DNA of 64,000 nt from Deltaproteobacteria bacterium (GCA_046583395.1 JAYGCK010000084.1:5054-69053), one strand, 5' to 3'. Positions 1-12,209 are shown, counted from the stretch's first letter. Notes: generated by a model not told the origin, from the letters alone. Translations and numbers: made by a program.

Positions 1-288
1 AACTGGGACGAGGTCCGGCGGTTGATGTGGAACTACGTCGGCATCGTCCGCAGCGACCGCCGGCTCGAACGGGCGGCAGCCCGCATCGCCATGCTCAGGG
101 ATGAGATTCGCCAGTACTATTGGGACTTCAAGGTCACCGGCGATTTACTGGAACTGCGCAACCTCGTGCTTGTTGCCGACCTCATAGTGCGTTCGGCCCG
201 GCGTCGCCGCGAGAGCCGTGGGCTCCACTACAATATTGATTGCCCCGAACGCGATGACCACGACTGGTCGCGCCACACGGTGCTGTAA
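1..288 (+). CDS. nadB: L-aspartate oxidase, C-terminal fragment (5' end outside window)
   Basis: Frame is open from base 1. The C-terminal motif ...[39 protein letters not shown] is typical of NadB. Confidence 0.75.
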   Translation, partial: NWDEVRRLMWNYVGIVRSDRRLERAAARIAMLRDEIRQYYWDFKVTGDLLELRNLVLVADLIVRSARRRRESRGLHYNIDCPERDDHDWSRHTVL

Positions 289-298
289 GCCGGGCGGT

Positions 299-1738
299 CT
301 AGTCCTTTACCAGGCTGAGCGGTGCGGGGCCGCGTTCGACGGCGTTGAAGAGTCTCATCTGGCGTTGCTCGTTCTCTTGGCCGGTGCCCACCGGGTAGGC
401 GCCGGTAAAACAAGCGTCGCAGAAGCCCTCGTGCGTTTTACCCAGGAATGCGTACATCCCCTCCTCGGAGAGGTAGGCAAGGCTGTCGGCCACGATATAC
501 TGTCGAATCTCATCGACGCTGTGGTTGTTGGCTACTAACTCGGCATGGGTGGGCGTGTCCACGCCATAGTAACAAGGGTTCATCGTCGGCGGCGCCGATA
601 CGCGGAAATGGACCTCGGTGGCACCGGCAGCGCGCACCATGCGAACTATCTTACGGCTCGTGGTGCCGCGCACGATGGAGTCGTCGATTATGATTACCCG
701 CCTGCCCTCGATGACCTCACGTTGGGCGTTGAGCTTCACCTTGACCCCGAAATGGCGGATGGAATCCTGCGGTTCGATGAAGGTGCGGCCGACGTAATGA
801 TTGCGAATGAGCCCCATCTCGAAGGGAAGACCGGCCTCTTCGGCGTAGCCCAGGGCCGCAGGAACTCCGGAATCGGGCACCGGGCAGACCAGGTCGGCCT
901 CTACGTGGGTCTCGCGGGCTAGCTGACGGCCCATCTCCTTGCGCGTCTGGTAGACGCTGTGGCCGAACACCCGGCTGTCGGGACGTGCGAAGTAGATGTG
1001 TTCGAAGATACAGGCGTGGCGGGATGTGCTGGCAAAGGGCCGGAGAGATTCCATGCCCTCGGCGGTGAAGTGGAGGACCTCGCCGGGCTCGACCTCGCGA
1101 ACGTATTCGGCCTCGACCAGGTCGAGAGCGCAGGTTTCGGAGGCCACAACGTAGCCACCGCCCTCGAAGCGCCCGAGCACGAGGGGTCGGAATCCGCGCG
1201 GGTCACGCGCCACGATCATCTCGTCCTCCGACAGGAAGACCACCGAATAGGCTCCCTCGACCTGTCCCAGGGCGTCGATGGTGCGCTGGGCGAAGGTCGT
1301 ACCGCTCGAACTGGCAATGAGGTGAATGAGGACCTCGGTGTCGGAGGTCGACTGGAATATCGAGCCGCGGCGCTCGAGGCGGTCACGCAACAGGTCGGCG
1401 TTGACGAAATTCCCGTTGTGGCTGACCGCGAGACTGCCGAGCGAATACTCGACGACGAAGGGTTGGGTGTTGCGCAGCAGGGTCTGGCCGGTCGTCGAGT
1501 AGCGGTTGTGCCCGATGGCCATGTTGCCGCCCAAGCAGCGGATAATCTCTTCGTTAAAGACGTCGGCGACCAGGCCGAGTCCGCGGTGGCTGATTAGCGC
1601 CTGGCTGTCGCTCGATACGATGCCCGCACCCTCCTGCCCCCTGTGTTGGAGGGCGTAAAGGGCCAGGTAGGCGATATTGGCCGCCTCTGGGCGCCCGTGG
1701 ACGCCGACTACACCGCATTCTTCGCGGAACTTGTCCAT
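299..1738 (-). CDS. purF: amidophosphoribosyltransferase
   Basis: 479 aa. N-terminal MDKFREECGVVGV matches the Ntn-hydrolase Cys start, and a PRTase domain follows. Confidence 0.9.
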   Translation of the reverse strand: MDKFREECGVVGVHGRPEAANIAYLALYALQHRGQEGAGIVSSDSQALISHRGLGLVADVFNEEIIRCLGGNMAIGHNRYSTTGQTLLRNTQPFVVEYSLGSLAVSHNGNFVNADLLRDRLERRGSIFQSTSDTEVLIHLIASSSGTTFAQRTIDALGQVEGAYSVVFLSEDEMIVARDPRGFRPLVLGRFEGGGYVVASETCALDLVEAEYVREVEPGEVLHFTAEGMESLRPFASTSRHACIFEHIYFARPDSRVFGHSVYQTRKEMGRQLARETHVEADLVCPVPDSGVPAALGYAEEAGLPFEMGLIRNHYVGRTFIEPQDSIRHFGVKVKLNAQREVIEGRRVIIIDDSIVRGTTSRKIVRMVRAAGATEVHFRVSAPPTMNPCYYGVDTPTHAELVANNHSVDEIRQYIVADSLAYLSEEGMYAFLGKTHEGFCDACFTGAYPVGTGQENEQRQMRLFNAVERGPAPLSLVKD

Positions 1739-1832
1739 TGTTCGTACCGGGGTTCCGGGTCCCCGGTCTCTGGGGCTAGACCAGCCCCGAGGCTAGCACG
1801 TAGACCCTGCGGACTCACCTGCCGGTCTGCGT

Positions 1833-4070
1833 TCAGGCCGTGGCTATCTTTCCGAGAGCCTGTTGCCAGCCACGGGCAAGGTCGCCGGTGTCGAGGTCGG
1901 CCAAGGTGGTGCCGGCCTGCCCCGAGGCCCGGGCCTGGCGAATGACGACGCGCGAACCGCCGCTTTTGCCAAGCCCGAGGACGGGAACCCCGGACCGTTC
2001 GCATTCCGTTTCGATGGCCGCGCGCGCGCTGGGAGCTGCTGCCAAGAGAAAGCGGCAGCCGCACTCACCGAACAGGGCCCGGTCGGCCCGGTCGGGTACC
2101 GGGACGGTAACGTCAAGACCACCAGCGTCCCCTACCAGGGCCATTTCGGCAAGAGCCGTGGCCAGTCCCCCGTCGCTGATATCGTGGGCCGCCACGACCA
2201 GGCCCTTGCCAATCAAAGAGGCGAGCAACTCGGCCGTGCGCCGTTCGGCTGCCAGGTCGATTGCCGCCAACTCGCTGCCGGTGCGGCCGTGGACCACCGA
2301 GAGGTATTCGGATGCCGACAGGATAGGTTTACCCTCCCCGAGCAGTAAAAGGTCGAGCCCCGGTTCGGGCAGTCCCGCACCCACCGTTTGGCGCACGTCG
2401 TCGATCAACCCGACCATTGCGATCACCGGGGTCGGCGGTATCGAGGCGCCACGGGTGTCGTTGTAAAAACTGACGTTGCCGGAGATGACCGGCGCATCGA
2501 ATATCGTACAGGCCTCGGCCATTCCCGCCACTGATTCGGTGAACTGCCACATGACCTCCGGCTTTTCCGGGCTCCCGAAGTTGAGACAATCGCTGACCGC
2601 CAAAGGCCGGGCGCCGGTCGCGGCGAGATTACGGACCGCTTCGGCCACCGCGTGGGCGGTGCCGGCACGTGGGTCGATCGAGACCCAGCGCGAATTGCAG
2701 TCGGTGGTCATGGCAAGCCCGGCGCCGGTCTCGCGAACCCGGACCACCGCAGCATCACCGCCGGGCTGGACACGGGTGTTGGCCCCCACAAAGGAATCGT
2801 ACTGGCGGTATACCCAGCCGCGGCTGCAGAGGTTAGGGCTTGCCAGTAGTCTTTCGAGCGTTGCGCCGGGGTCGTCAAGGTCGGCGATATCGTCGAGTGG
2901 GTCGCTGCTGCGAGCGGCCTTGGCGGCAGGACGGGCGGGCGGCGGGCAGGCGTCTACCGCGTCAATCGGAATGGCTGCGACCTCGACCCCGCGGTGGCTG
3001 GCACGGAAAAGTCCGTCGGCGGTCACTTCGCCGACACTTACGCAGTCCAAACCCCAGCGCTCGAAGTTTCTTGCCACCTCCTCTTCGCGGCCCTTGCGTG
3101 CGACCAGCAACATTCGCTCCTGGGATTCGGACAGGAGCATTTCGTAGGCACTCAGCGTTTGGTCGCGAAGTGGGATGCGATCGAGGTCTAGGTTTATGCC
3201 GACACCACCACGCGCGGCCATCTCGACCGAGGATGACGTCAGTCCGGCCGCCCCCATGTCCTGGATGGCCACGACATCGTGTCCGGCCAGCGTCTCCAGG
3301 CAGGCCTCAATCAGAAGGTTCTCGGTGAAGGGGTCACCCACCTGCACGGTCGGCCTCATTTGTTCGGACTCTTCTTTGAACTCGGCCGAGGCCAGCAGGC
3401 TGGCGCCATGAATGCCGTCGCGGCCGGTCTTGGAGCCGACGTACAGAACGGGATTGCCCGGGCCGCTGGCTCGAGCACGGAATATACGGTCGGCGCGCAC
3501 GGTTCCGAGAGTGAATGCGTTGACCAGGATGTTGCCGTCGTAGCCGGTGTCGAAATGGACCTCGCCGCCCACGGTTGGTACTCCCACCGAGTTGCCGTAG
3601 CCGCCGATGCCGGAGACCACCCCGCTCAACAGGTGCGGGGTAAGCGGATGGCCGGCACTGCCGAAGCGAAGCGAATTCAGGTTTGCCACCGGGCGCGCGC
3701 CCATTGTGAAAACATCGCGCAATATGCCCCCCACCCCGGTCGCCGCTCCTTGGTAAGGTTCGATATAGGACGGGTGGTTGTGGCTCTCTATTTTGAAGAC
3801 CGTGGCCATGCCGTTGCCGATATCGACGGCGCCCGCGTTCTCGCCCGGCCCTTGTAACACCCGCTGGCCGCTGGTGGGGAGCTTGGCCAGCTCGGGTTTT
3901 GAACTCTTGTAGCTACAGTGCTCCGACCACATCACCGAAAATATGCCCAGCTCTTCGATGCTCGGTGCCCGGCCGAGCCGGTCGACAATGGTCCGGTACT
4001 CGTCGCTGGTCAGCCCGTGTTCGAGACCAAGGCTCTCGTCCACCTCGCGGGCGCTGTCCGGGGCGTTCAC
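1833..4070 (-). CDS. purL: phosphoribosylformylglycinamidine synthase subunit PurL
   Basis: 745 aa with AIR-synthase-like repeats ([19 protein letters not shown]). Confidence 0.9.
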   Translation of the reverse strand: MNAPDSAREVDESLGLEHGLTSDEYRTIVDRLGRAPSIEELGIFSVMWSEHCSYKSSKPELAKLPTSGQRVLQGPGENAGAVDIGNGMATVFKIESHNHPSYIEPYQGAATGVGGILRDVFTMGARPVANLNSLRFGSAGHPLTPHLLSGVVSGIGGYGNSVGVPTVGGEVHFDTGYDGNILVNAFTLGTVRADRIFRARASGPGNPVLYVGSKTGRDGIHGASLLASAEFKEESEQMRPTVQVGDPFTENLLIEACLETLAGHDVVAIQDMGAAGLTSSSVEMAARGGVGINLDLDRIPLRDQTLSAYEMLLSESQERMLLVARKGREEEVARNFERWGLDCVSVGEVTADGLFRASHRGVEVAAIPIDAVDACPPPARPAAKAARSSDPLDDIADLDDPGATLERLLASPNLCSRGWVYRQYDSFVGANTRVQPGGDAAVVRVRETGAGLAMTTDCNSRWVSIDPRAGTAHAVAEAVRNLAATGARPLAVSDCLNFGSPEKPEVMWQFTESVAGMAEACTIFDAPVISGNVSFYNDTRGASIPPTPVIAMVGLIDDVRQTVGAGLPEPGLDLLLLGEGKPILSASEYLSVVHGRTGSELAAIDLAAERRTAELLASLIGKGLVVAAHDISDGGLATALAEMALVGDAGGLDVTVPVPDRADRALFGECGCRFLLAAAPSARAAIETECERSGVPVLGLGKSGGSRVVIRQARASGQAGTTLADLDTGDLARGWQQALGKIATA

Positions 4071-4756
4071 GGATGCCCACCGTTATTGCGCCCGGCCAGC
4101 CACGACCTTGCCGACCGGAACAACCCCGCCCCGTCTTCCCCTACCGTTCCGGGTTCGACCGCGTGTTCGGGGTGGGGCATGAGCCCGACCACATTGCCGT
4201 CCGGATTGGAAACGCCGGCTATGTCGTTGGTCGAGCCGTTGGGATTGGAGCCGCTGTAACGGAAGACGACCCGGCCTTCGTCCTCCAGTTGGGCCAGGGT
4301 CGTCGAATCGGCGACGTAGCGGCCTTCGCCGTGCTTTACGGGAATTGACAGCGTGCAGCCGGGCTTGAGCTTGGAGGAAAATGCGGTGTCGGTTCGCTCT
4401 ACGGTCACCTTTTCGATCGAACAACGGAAGCGCAGCTGTTGGTTGCGGACCAGGGCGCCGGGCAAGAGTCCGGCCTCGCACAGGATTTGGAAGCCGTTGC
4501 AGATTCCGAGGACCGGCCCACCGCTCCGGGCGAAATCGACCACGGTGTTCATGATCGGGGAAAAGCGCGCCATTGCACCGGGACGGAGGTAGTCGCCGTA
4601 GGAAAAACCGCCCGGCAGCACCACCGCATCGGCCCCGGCAAGGTCGGTGTCTTGGTGCCAGAGCGCTACGGCCTCCTCCCCGAGGACCGATTGGAGCGCA
4701 TGTATGGTGTCGCGGTCGTCGTTGCTCCCGGGGAACACGACGACCCCCCACTTCAC
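4067..4756 (-). CDS. purQ: phosphoribosylformylglycinamidine synthase subunit PurQ (glutaminase)
   Basis: Homology begins at [14 protein letters not shown], so I placed a GTG start 2 nt after the purS stop. The ORF-track N-terminal extension is rejected. The stop overlaps the purL start. Confidence 0.8.
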   Translation of the reverse strand: MKWGVVVFPGSNDDRDTIHALQSVLGEEAVALWHQDTDLAGADAVVLPGGFSYGDYLRPGAMARFSPIMNTVVDFARSGGPVLGICNGFQILCEAGLLPGALVRNQQLRFRCSIEKVTVERTDTAFSSKLKPGCTLSIPVKHGEGRYVADSTTLAQLEDEGRVVFRYSGSNPNGSTNDIAGVSNPDGNVVGLMPHPEHAVEPGTVGEDGAGLFRSARSWLAGRNNGGHP

Positions 4757-4758
4757 GA

Positions 4759-5013
4759 TCAGCCCGCCTCCTCCACTTCGAAACGGAAGTCCTCGATGAT
4801 GTCGTTGGCGAGCAGCCGCCGGCACATTTCGTCGACCCGTGCGCTCAGGTCGGTGTCACTGGCGCTCGACAGGGTCAGTTCCAAGTACTTGCCCAAGCGT
4901 ACGTCGTCGACCTCACGGTAGCCCATGCTGTTGAGCGAACTGGCGATGGCCTTGCCCTGGGGGTCGAGGATGGCCTCCTTGGGCGTGACGTATACCTTGG
5001 CGCGATAGCTCAC
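4759..5013 (-). CDS. purS: phosphoribosylformylglycinamidine synthase subunit PurS
   Basis: 84 aa; MSYRAKVYVTPKEAILDPQG is the PurS fold signature. Confidence 0.85.
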   Translation of the reverse strand: MSYRAKVYVTPKEAILDPQGKAIASSLNSMGYREVDDVRLGKYLELTLSSASDTDLSARVDEMCRRLLANDIIEDFRFEVEEAG

Positions 5014-5021
5014 GGTGTGGT

Positions 5022-5738
5022 TCAGTTTGCCACCCGGCGTGCGATCTCTTGATAGGCGCCCTCTACGTCACCAAGGTCGTGGCGGAAGCGGTCCTTGTCC
5101 AGCTTCTTATGCGTTTTGGAATCCCAGAAGCGGCAGGTGTCCGGGCAGATTTCGTCACCGAGAAGTACCCGGCCGTCGTGTGTGCGGCCGAACTCGAGCT
5201 TGAAATCGACCAACAGTATTCCGCGTTCGGCCATGAAGGGCTTGAGGACCGCGTTGACCGCGTGGGCCTGGTGGCGAATCTCTTCGAGTTCGCCGTGAGT
5301 GGCCCAGTCGAAGACCAAACAATGGTCGTCGTTTATCATGGGGTCGCCGAGCTCGTCGGACTTGTAGTAGAACTCGACTATGGGGCGCGCCAGTTCTTCG
5401 CCTTCGGGGTGCCCGGTCCGTTTCTGCAAGCTCCCGCACACGATATTGCGGACAACGGTCTCGACCGGGATGATTTCGAGACGTTCGACCAACATCTCAC
5501 GTTCGTTCTTCTCTTCGATGAAGTGGGTGTCGATGCCCTCGGACTCCAGCAACCGGAATAGCCGTGCCGAGATTAGCAAGTTGAGCTCGCCCTTTGATTC
5601 GATGGTTCCCTTCTTTTGCGCGTTGAAGGCGGTCGCGTCGTCCTTAAAGTAGAAGATTAACTTTGTAGGATCGTCCGTTGCGTAGATTTTCTTGGCCTTG
5701 CCCTCTCCGATGAGGTCTGTCTTTTCCGGCATGGTCAT
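5022..5738 (-). CDS. purC: SAICAR synthetase
   Basis: 238 aa with a PurC-type N-terminus. Its ATG overlaps the purB stop (ATGA). Confidence 0.85.
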   Translation of the reverse strand: MTMPEKTDLIGEGKAKKIYATDDPTKLIFYFKDDATAFNAQKKGTIESKGELNLLISARLFRLLESEGIDTHFIEEKNEREMLVERLEIIPVETVVRNIVCGSLQKRTGHPEGEELARPIVEFYYKSDELGDPMINDDHCLVFDWATHGELEEIRHQAHAVNAVLKPFMAERGILLVDFKLEFGRTHDGRVLLGDEICPDTCRFWDSKTHKKLDKDRFRHDLGDVEGAYQEIARRVAN

Positions 5739-7018
5739 CCCTCCAGTGCGCGGTCGATAATCGTGTCTACGTGTCTGAGCGCGTGTTCGAGGTCGAGTAC
5801 GTCGGCCAGTTCGGGGGCGGTCAGCTGGGCGGTGATGTCCGGGTCGGCCGCGACGGTCTTGCGGAAATCTCCGTCGGCCATCGCGCAGCGCTGCACCCAG
5901 CGGTAGGCCTCTTCGCGGGCCGTTCCCCTATTGACCAAGGCCAGAAGCAGACGCTCGGAGGCCCAGCGGCCGCCGCTTTTGTCGAGGTTGGCCGCCATGG
6001 TCTCGGGCCGCACCTCTAGCCCCTCAATCACCGTGGTCATACGTGCGAGCATGAAGTCTGCAGTTATCGTGGCGTCCGGCATGATTACCCGCTCGGCCGA
6101 GGAATGACTGATATCACGCTCGTGCCACAGGGCGATATTTTCCAGCCCTATGGCCGCATGCGAGCGCACAAGGCGGGCCAGCCCGCAGAGGTTCTCGGTA
6201 AGGATGGGGTTGCGCTTGTGGGGCATGGCCGAAGAGCCTTTTTGGCCGCTGGAGAAGGGTTCTAGGGCTTCGAGCAGCTCGGTCCGTTGCATATGGCGGA
6301 CCTCGGTCGCGAATCGTTCGACCGCGGCCGCGACCAGGGCCAGAGCACCGAGGAAGGCAGCGTGCCGGTCGCGGGGTACAACTTGTGTCGAAACGGTCTC
6401 GGGGCGGAGCCCCAGCCGCTCGAGGACCTCGGCCTCGATGTCGGGGCCGTTATGGGCGTAGCTTCCGACCGCGCCCGACAGCTTGGCCCAGGCAATGCCC
6501 TGGCGGGCAGTGGTCATACGTTCGAGCGCCCGGTTCAGCTCGGCGTACCAGCCGGCCAACTTGAGGCCAAAGGTTATCGGTTCGGCATGGATACCGTGCG
6601 TTCTGCCCGCCATGACGGTGGAGCGATGCTCGCGAGCGCGTCGCCCGACCGCTTCGCGTAATTTCGCTATGCCTTCTTCAAGCAGCCGGGAGGCTTCGAC
6701 CAGTTGTAGGGCCAAGGCCGTGTCGAGAATGTCGGACGATGTCATCCCGAAATGCAGAAAACGGCCGGCCTCGCCCACGGTCTCGGCCGCTGCGCTGACG
6801 AAGGCGATGACGTCGTGCTTCACCTCGGCCTCGATCTCGGCCACGCGGGCCGGGTCGACGCTGGCCTGGCTTCGCAATTCGGCCACGGCGGCCTCCGGGA
6901 TGACCCCGCGCCGTGCCAGCGCTTCGCAGACCAACAGCTCGGTCTCGAGCATGAGGTCGAGGCGGTGGGCGTCGGACCATACCGCGGCCATCTCGGGTCT
7001 GCTGTAGCGCGGTATCAC
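5735..7018 (-). CDS. purB: adenylosuccinate lyase
   Basis: 427 aa with fumarate-lyase family motifs ([11 protein letters not shown]). Its start overlaps the dut stop. Confidence 0.9.
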   Translation of the reverse strand: MIPRYSRPEMAAVWSDAHRLDLMLETELLVCEALARRGVIPEAAVAELRSQASVDPARVAEIEAEVKHDVIAFVSAAAETVGEAGRFLHFGMTSSDILDTALALQLVEASRLLEEGIAKLREAVGRRAREHRSTVMAGRTHGIHAEPITFGLKLAGWYAELNRALERMTTARQGIAWAKLSGAVGSYAHNGPDIEAEVLERLGLRPETVSTQVVPRDRHAAFLGALALVAAAVERFATEVRHMQRTELLEALEPFSSGQKGSSAMPHKRNPILTENLCGLARLVRSHAAIGLENIALWHERDISHSSAERVIMPDATITADFMLARMTTVIEGLEVRPETMAANLDKSGGRWASERLLLALVNRGTAREEAYRWVQRCAMADGDFRKTVAADPDITAQLTAPELADVLDLEHALRHVDTIIDRALEG

Positions 7019-7464
7019 GAGGTGTGGCCGAAGCCGCCCTCCCCGCGCTCGGTGTCGTCGAGTTCGTCGACCTCCGTAAGCTCTGCTCTTATGACCGGGG
7101 CCAGGACCAGCTGTGCAATTCGCTGCTCCGGCTCGATGGTCACGGTGTCCGAGCCGAGGTTTGCAAGGATCACGCTCACCTCTCCTCTGTAATCGGCGTC
7201 TATGGTTCCGGGCGCGTTAAGTACGCTCAGCCCGTGCTCGAGCGCCAGCCCGCTACGCGGCCTGACCTGGCCCTCGTAGCCCCGAGGTATCGAGAGCGCA
7301 AATCCGCAAGGCACTAGTACGCGGGCGCCAGGCTCGATGTCGATAGCAGCGTCGAGCGCGGCCGGAAGGTCCATCCCGGCTGAACCGCCGGTCATATAAC
7401 GGGGTAGCGGATGCTCCAACCCGCGAAGCCTCTTTATCTCGACTTTCGGGGTCTCGGTGGCCAT
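7015..7464 (-). CDS. dut: dUTP diphosphatase
   Basis: 149 aa carrying the dUTPase motifs GSAGMDL and [10 protein letters not shown]. Confidence 0.9.
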   Translation of the reverse strand: MATETPKVEIKRLRGLEHPLPRYMTGGSAGMDLPAALDAAIDIEPGARVLVPCGFALSIPRGYEGQVRPRSGLALEHGLSVLNAPGTIDADYRGEVSVILANLGSDTVTIEPEQRIAQLVLAPVIRAELTEVDELDDTERGEGGFGHTS

Positions 7465-7470
7465 AGCCGA

Positions 7471-8736
7471 TCAGCCCAGGGGAAGCGAGACCATGTCCTC
7501 GTCGGCCTCGCCAAGCAGCGCTATGCCCAGCCTCTCAAAGCTGAACAGGCCGCGTGCGACGTTAACGATGTTGTCGTTGGTGACCGACCGCAAACGGGTG
7601 CTGGCCTCGGCCACGCTCAGCTCGCGCCCGTAGTAAAGCTGGTTGCGGGCCAGCCGCATCATGCGTGTGTCGGTGGATTCGAGGGCCAAGGGGATGCCGC
7701 CTATCATCTGGTCTTTGGTCCCTTCCAGTTCTTCGCTCTCGAGCCCGCGTTCGCACATATCGGAGACCTCGGTGAGGACCAGATCGACGACTTCTGCCAC
7801 GTGCTCGGCCGCGGTCGCGGCGTATACGCCGGTGTAGCCGATGTCCTTGAAGGGGCAGCTAAAGGCATAGACCGAATAGGCCAGACCTCTTTCTTCGCGG
7901 ACCTTCTGGAACAGGCGCGAGCTCATGCCGCCGCCCAGCGCCGCCACCAAGACCTCGGAAGCCTCGTGCCCGACGTCGGTATAGGGCAGCCCCGGGAAAC
8001 CAATTAGAAGATGGACCTGTTCGAGGTCGCGTGGACGCGCGAAGGTCCCTGGCCTGAAATCAGGGCGGTCAAACTGTGCCGGCCCCGTTCCCGGGGTCAT
8101 GTGTCCGAACCGCTCGCTGGCCAGTTCGACCAAACGGTCGTGGTCGACCGCGCCGGCGGCCACAATCAGTGTACGGTCGGCCGAGTAGGTGCCACGGACA
8201 TAGTCGACCATCTCGTTGTGCCCGATGGCGCCGAGGCTTTCAACCGTCCCCAGTATCGGCCAGCCCAGCGGGTGCCCGGGCCAGTAAGAGGCCAGGAAGT
8301 AATCGTGGACAACGTCCTCGGGGGAGTCCTCGGCGTCGAGAATCTCTTGAGTGATGACCTCACGTTCAAGTTCGACGTCTTCGGGCCCGAACAGCGAGTT
8401 GAGGTAGATGTCGGCTAGTACGTCGAGCGACGGTTCGAGATGCTCGGCCAAGGTGCGGGTGTGGTAACAGGTGTTCTCCTTTCCGGTGAAGGCATTGATG
8501 GAGCCTCCGAGCCTCTCGATATCCTCGGCGATACGGCGGGCCGAACGCCGGTCGGTCCCCTTGAAGAAGAGGTGTTCGATGAAATGGGAGATGCCGTTGA
8601 GCGCTTGGCGCTCATGGCGAGAGCCGTTCTCGACCCACAAGCCCACGGCCACCGAGGAAACCCCGGAAACCGATTCCGAGGCCACCCGGAGGCCGTTCTC
8701 GAGCTTGGTGACCTTGACTGCGCTTGTCTGGCTCAG
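7471..8736 (-). CDS. M16-family zinc peptidase (insulinase-like); start codon uncertain
   Basis: Homology begins at [15 protein letters not shown] and includes [11 protein letters not shown] (the HxxEH zinc motif). There is no ATG, GTG or TTG in frame near that point. The ORF-track start at 9087 gives an Arg-rich 123-aa extension overlapping pnp, which is probably not real. Confidence 0.7.
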   Translation of the reverse strand: MSQTSAVKVTKLENGLRVASESVSGVSSVAVGLWVENGSRHERQALNGISHFIEHLFFKGTDRRSARRIAEDIERLGGSINAFTGKENTCYHTRTLAEHLEPSLDVLADIYLNSLFGPEDVELEREVITQEILDAEDSPEDVVHDYFLASYWPGHPLGWPILGTVESLGAIGHNEMVDYVRGTYSADRTLIVAAGAVDHDRLVELASERFGHMTPGTGPAQFDRPDFRPGTFARPRDLEQVHLLIGFPGLPYTDVGHEASEVLVAALGGGMSSRLFQKVREERGLAYSVYAFSCPFKDIGYTGVYAATAAEHVAEVVDLVLTEVSDMCERGLESEELEGTKDQMIGGIPLALESTDTRMMRLARNQLYYGRELSVAEASTRLRSVTNDNIVNVARGLFSFERLGIALLGEADEDMVSLPLG

Positions 8737-10829
8737 GCGCCCGCCTCTGACTGTTCGCGAAGGGCCTCTTTGAGGCTCAGCCGAATCTTGCCCTGACGGT
8801 CGACCTCGAGGACCTTGACCGGGATACGCTCGCCCTCCTTGACCACGTCTTTGACGTTTTCGACGCGCTGGTCGGCCAGTTGCGAGATGTGTACCAACCC
8901 GTCGGTGCCGGGCAGAATCTCGACGAAGGCGCCGAAGTCCATAATCTTGCGAACCTTGCCGTCGTATATGCGGCCGACCTCGGGTGAGGCCGTGATTCCC
9001 TCGATGATGGAAAGCGCCTTGGCAAGCGCCTCTCCGTCGGCCGAGGCAACGTTGACCGTGCCGTCGTCCTCTACATCGATCTTGCAACCGGTCTCCTCGA
9101 CGATTCCGCGGATGACCTTGCCTCCAGGTCCGATAATGTCGCGTATCTTGTCGGGATGAATCTTGATGGTCTCGATACGGGGAGCGTGGATTGACATCTC
9201 CGAGCGAGGTTCGGCCAATGCTTTTCCCATCTCTCCGAGAATGTGCAGGCGGGCATCACGAGCCTGGAAAAGAGCGTCGCGCATCACCTCATCCGGGATA
9301 CCGTCAATCTTGATGTCCATCTGCACCGCGGTGATACCTTCGGCGGTACCGGCTACCTTGAAGTCCATGTCGCCGAGATGGTCCTCGTCGCCGAGGATGT
9401 CCGACAGCACCACGTACTTGTCGTTCTCGCGGATGAGCCCCATGGCCACACCGGCCACCGGTGCTTTTATCGGAACGCCGGCGTCCATCAGCGACAGTGC
9501 GCCGCCGCAGACCGAGGCCATCGACGAAGAGCCGTTGGATTCGGTGATCTCGGAGACAATACGGATGGTGTAAGGGAACTCCTCCTTGCTGGGCAGGACC
9601 GCCGACAGGGCACGCTCGGCCAGCATTCCGTGGCCGATCTCGCGACGCCCGGCAGAGCGGAGAAACTTGGCCTCCCCCACACTGTAAGGGGGGAAGTTGT
9701 AGTGCAGCATGAAGTTCTTGAACTTGTCGCCGTAGAGCGAGTCTATGCGCTGTTCGTCGGCCGAGGTGCCCAGGGTCGTCACGACTATGGCCTGGGTCTC
9801 ACCGCGGGTGAACAGTGCGCTGCCGTGCGTGCGCGGCAAAAGCCCGGTCTCGATATCGATCTGGCGTACGTCGGTGAGGCCGCGGCCGTCGAGTCGCGCG
9901 CCCTTATCGACGATGTCTCCACGGACGATTTCCTGCTTGACTTTCCCCAGGGCGTCTCCGACCTCGCCGGACCGTTCGGCCAGGTCTTCGGGAAGACCGG
10001 CCATGAACTCGGCCTTGAAGGCGTCGAGCTTGGCGTAACGCGGGAGCTTCTCGGTCTCGGTGTAGGCCTCGCGCAGGCCACCCTCGGAAAGCTCGCGCAC
10101 CTTGGACAGCAGCGCCGCGTCAATCTCGGGGACCTCGAAGCTACGCTTGGTTTGTCCGGTCTCACCCACCAGCTGCTCTTGCGCATCAAGGATGGGCAGG
10201 ATTGCCTGGTGTCCGGCTTTGAGGGCCTCGAGTATCTCTTCTTCGGGGACTGCGTCGGCCCCGCCTTCGACCATGACGATTGCGGAGCGGCTGGCGGCCA
10301 TCAATAGATCGATGTCGCTGTCCTCCATCGCGTCGACAGGCGGATTGATCGTTATCTCGCCGTTTATTCTCCCCACCCGTACGGCGCCAATCGGGCCTGC
10401 GAACGGGATGTCGGAAATGCTGAGCGCGGCCGATGCGCCGATCAGACTGATAACGTCCGGGCATCCGGCGTTGTCGGCCGAGAGGACCGTGGCGATGATT
10501 TGTGTCTCGTTACGATAACCTTTGGGAAAGAGCGGCCTGAGAGGACGGTCGATGACCCGGCAGGTCAGTATCTCCGAGGCGCCCGGCCGTCCCTCTCGCT
10601 TGAAGAAGCCTCCGGGGATCTTGCCGGCCGCAAAGGTCTTTTCCTGGTAATCGATGGTAAGTGGGAAGAAATCGAAGCCCTCCCTGGGTTTGCGTGCCGA
10701 GACCGCGGTGACCAGTACCATGGTGTCGCTGTATGAGACCATGACGGCCCCATCGGCCTGCTTGGCCACCTTGCCGGTCTCTATCGAGAGGGTCCGGCCG
10801 CCTACTTCTAATTCTACTTTATGACTCAT
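8733..10829 (-). CDS. pnp: polyribonucleotide nucleotidyltransferase (PNPase)
   Basis: 698 aa with RNase PH repeats, KH and S1 domains. N-terminus is [20 protein letters not shown]. Confidence 0.95.
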   Translation of the reverse strand: MSHKVELEVGGRTLSIETGKVAKQADGAVMVSYSDTMVLVTAVSARKPREGFDFFPLTIDYQEKTFAAGKIPGGFFKREGRPGASEILTCRVIDRPLRPLFPKGYRNETQIIATVLSADNAGCPDVISLIGASAALSISDIPFAGPIGAVRVGRINGEITINPPVDAMEDSDIDLLMAASRSAIVMVEGGADAVPEEEILEALKAGHQAILPILDAQEQLVGETGQTKRSFEVPEIDAALLSKVRELSEGGLREAYTETEKLPRYAKLDAFKAEFMAGLPEDLAERSGEVGDALGKVKQEIVRGDIVDKGARLDGRGLTDVRQIDIETGLLPRTHGSALFTRGETQAIVVTTLGTSADEQRIDSLYGDKFKNFMLHYNFPPYSVGEAKFLRSAGRREIGHGMLAERALSAVLPSKEEFPYTIRIVSEITESNGSSSMASVCGGALSLMDAGVPIKAPVAGVAMGLIRENDKYVVLSDILGDEDHLGDMDFKVAGTAEGITAVQMDIKIDGIPDEVMRDALFQARDARLHILGEMGKALAEPRSEMSIHAPRIETIKIHPDKIRDIIGPGGKVIRGIVEETGCKIDVEDDGTVNVASADGEALAKALSIIEGITASPEVGRIYDGKVRKIMDFGAFVEILPGTDGLVHISQLADQRVENVKDVVKEGERIPVKVLEVDRQGKIRLSLKEALREQSEAGA

Positions 10830-10848
10830 CTATAAAACCTCCTCCGTG

Positions 10849-10863
10849 CCTGGTCTTACCAGG
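10849..10863 (-). promoter_or_regulatory. stem-loop (cctggt-aag-accagg) in the rpsO-pnp intergenic leader, immediately upstream of the pnp SD GGAGG
   Basis: A perfect 6-bp inverted repeat read directly from the sequence. The position matches the classical pnp leader hairpin and rpsO 3' hairpin that RNase III processes in other bacteria. Confidence 0.4.
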
Positions 10864-10896
10864 GGCGGAGAGAAGACTGGGGAATGTGCGAGCGTG

Positions 10897-11175
10897 CTAT
10901 TTCCGCAGGCCGAGCCGATCGATAACGGTTAGATACCGGTCGTAGCGGGTACGCTTTAGGTAATCCAAGAGGCGCCGGCGTTGGCTGACCATCTTGAGCA
11001 AGCCCCTTCGTGAGTGGTGATCCTTGCGGTGCACCTTGAAGTGCTCGGTCAAATGCTCGATACGAGCGGTCAGCAACGCGATTTGGACCTCTGGAGAGCC
11101 CGTGTCCGAGTCGTGCGTTCGGTACGACTCGACGACAGATTTTTTGTCTATGGAGGCTGGTTGAGCTTCGCTCAC
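10897..11175 (-). CDS. rpsO: 30S ribosomal protein S15
   Basis: The S15 C-terminus is present ([30 protein letters not shown]). I chose an in-frame GTG giving about 92 aa and rejected the 61-aa ORF-track extension. Confidence 0.85.
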   Translation of the reverse strand: MSEAQPASIDKKSVVESYRTHDSDTGSPEVQIALLTARIEHLTEHFKVHRKDHHSRRGLLKMVSQRRRLLDYLKRTRYDRYLTVIDRLGLRK

Positions 11176-11260
11176 GGGCGGTTCGCTTGGTTCCTTCGCT
11201 TTCTCTTTTCGTTGTTCAAACCATGTGCATAACACGCGGCCCCTGTGGGCGCAAGAAGCG

Positions 11261-12208
11261 TCATGGGCCCGGTGTGGGGCGCTGCTGGGCCGCAAAGACC
11301 CGCTCGAGCTGCCAGGATTGGCCACTTTGGTGGACCACCGCCACGGGTTGCTCGTCAAGGACCAGACAGGCCCTTTCGCCGGTCCCGGCCGGGAACTCTA
11401 GCGCGGCCATGGGCTCCTGACGGCCCTGCCTGAGGGCCAGGGCCAGCTCTTCGGAGACTGGGACCGTGGCCATGCCCGCCCTGTCCCGGAGCGCGGCCAG
11501 CAGCGGCACCAGTGCGTGGTCGAGGGCCTCGGGCAGGCCCCGCTCCATGTCATCGAGCGAGACCGATTCAGCGACGCTAAAAGGCCCGAACCGGGTACGT
11601 CTGAGTTCGGCCAGAGCCGCGCCGCAGCCGATTTGCTCACCGAGGTCACGGGCCAGGCTGCGTACATAGGTTCCTTTGGAGCAATCCATTTCGAAGCCGA
11701 GCAGGCCGGGTCCGGCCGCCCAGAACCTGAGGCTGTGGATGGTCACCGAACGCGCCTCGGGCTCTTCGGTCCGGCCGCGGCGGGCCAGCTTGTAGAGCGG
11801 CACCCCGCCCTCCTTGATGGCCGAGAACACCGGCGGGACCTGCTCGAACTTTCCGGTGAACCGGCGGGCGAGTTCCGGGTGGTCCAGCTCGTTCGGGTCG
11901 GGTGCTGTGGTCGAATCGAGCGTCCGGCCGGTGATGTCGAGAGTGTCGGTTCGCAACCCCAGACGGATGGAGCCGTGGTACGCCTTATCGTCGCCCGACA
12001 GGTAGCGGGCGATTTTGGTGCCGGCGCCGATGCAAAGCGGCAGCAGTCCGGTGGCCATCGGGTCGAGCGTTCCGAGATGGCCCGCTTTGGGCCGGCCGAG
12101 CAGCTGGCGTGCCCGGGCCAGGGCCTTGGCCGAACTGATGCCTTCGGGCTTGTCGACCAACAAGATGCCGTCGATGTCGACGTCGGCAGAGGTCGGCAGA
12201 CCGTTCAC
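11261..12208 (-). CDS. truB: tRNA pseudouridine(55) synthase
   Basis: [13 protein letters not shown]...[13 protein letters not shown] is the TruB catalytic-Asp motif. The GTG start sits 1 nt after the rbfA stop, and the longer ORF-track N-terminus is rejected. Confidence 0.85.
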   Translation of the reverse strand: MNGLPTSADVDIDGILLVDKPEGISSAKALARARQLLGRPKAGHLGTLDPMATGLLPLCIGAGTKIARYLSGDDKAYHGSIRLGLRTDTLDITGRTLDSTTAPDPNELDHPELARRFTGKFEQVPPVFSAIKEGGVPLYKLARRGRTEEPEARSVTIHSLRFWAAGPGLLGFEMDCSKGTYVRSLARDLGEQIGCGAALAELRRTRFGPFSVAESVSLDDMERGLPEALDHALVPLLAALRDRAGMATVPVSEELALALRQGRQEPMAALEFPAGTGERACLVLDEQPVAVVHQSGQSWQLERVFAAQQRPTPGP

Positions 12209-12209
12209 T

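Noticed and set aside
9243-10307. 354-aa plus-strand ORF antisense to pnp. Similar long antisense ORFs occur at 11516-12286, 15811-16749, 19940-20623 and 59057-59833.
   Set aside because: Each lies wholly inside a strongly conserved gene on the opposite strand. They are Arg/Gly/Ala-rich and low in complexity, which is typical of open antisense frames in roughly 65% GC DNA.
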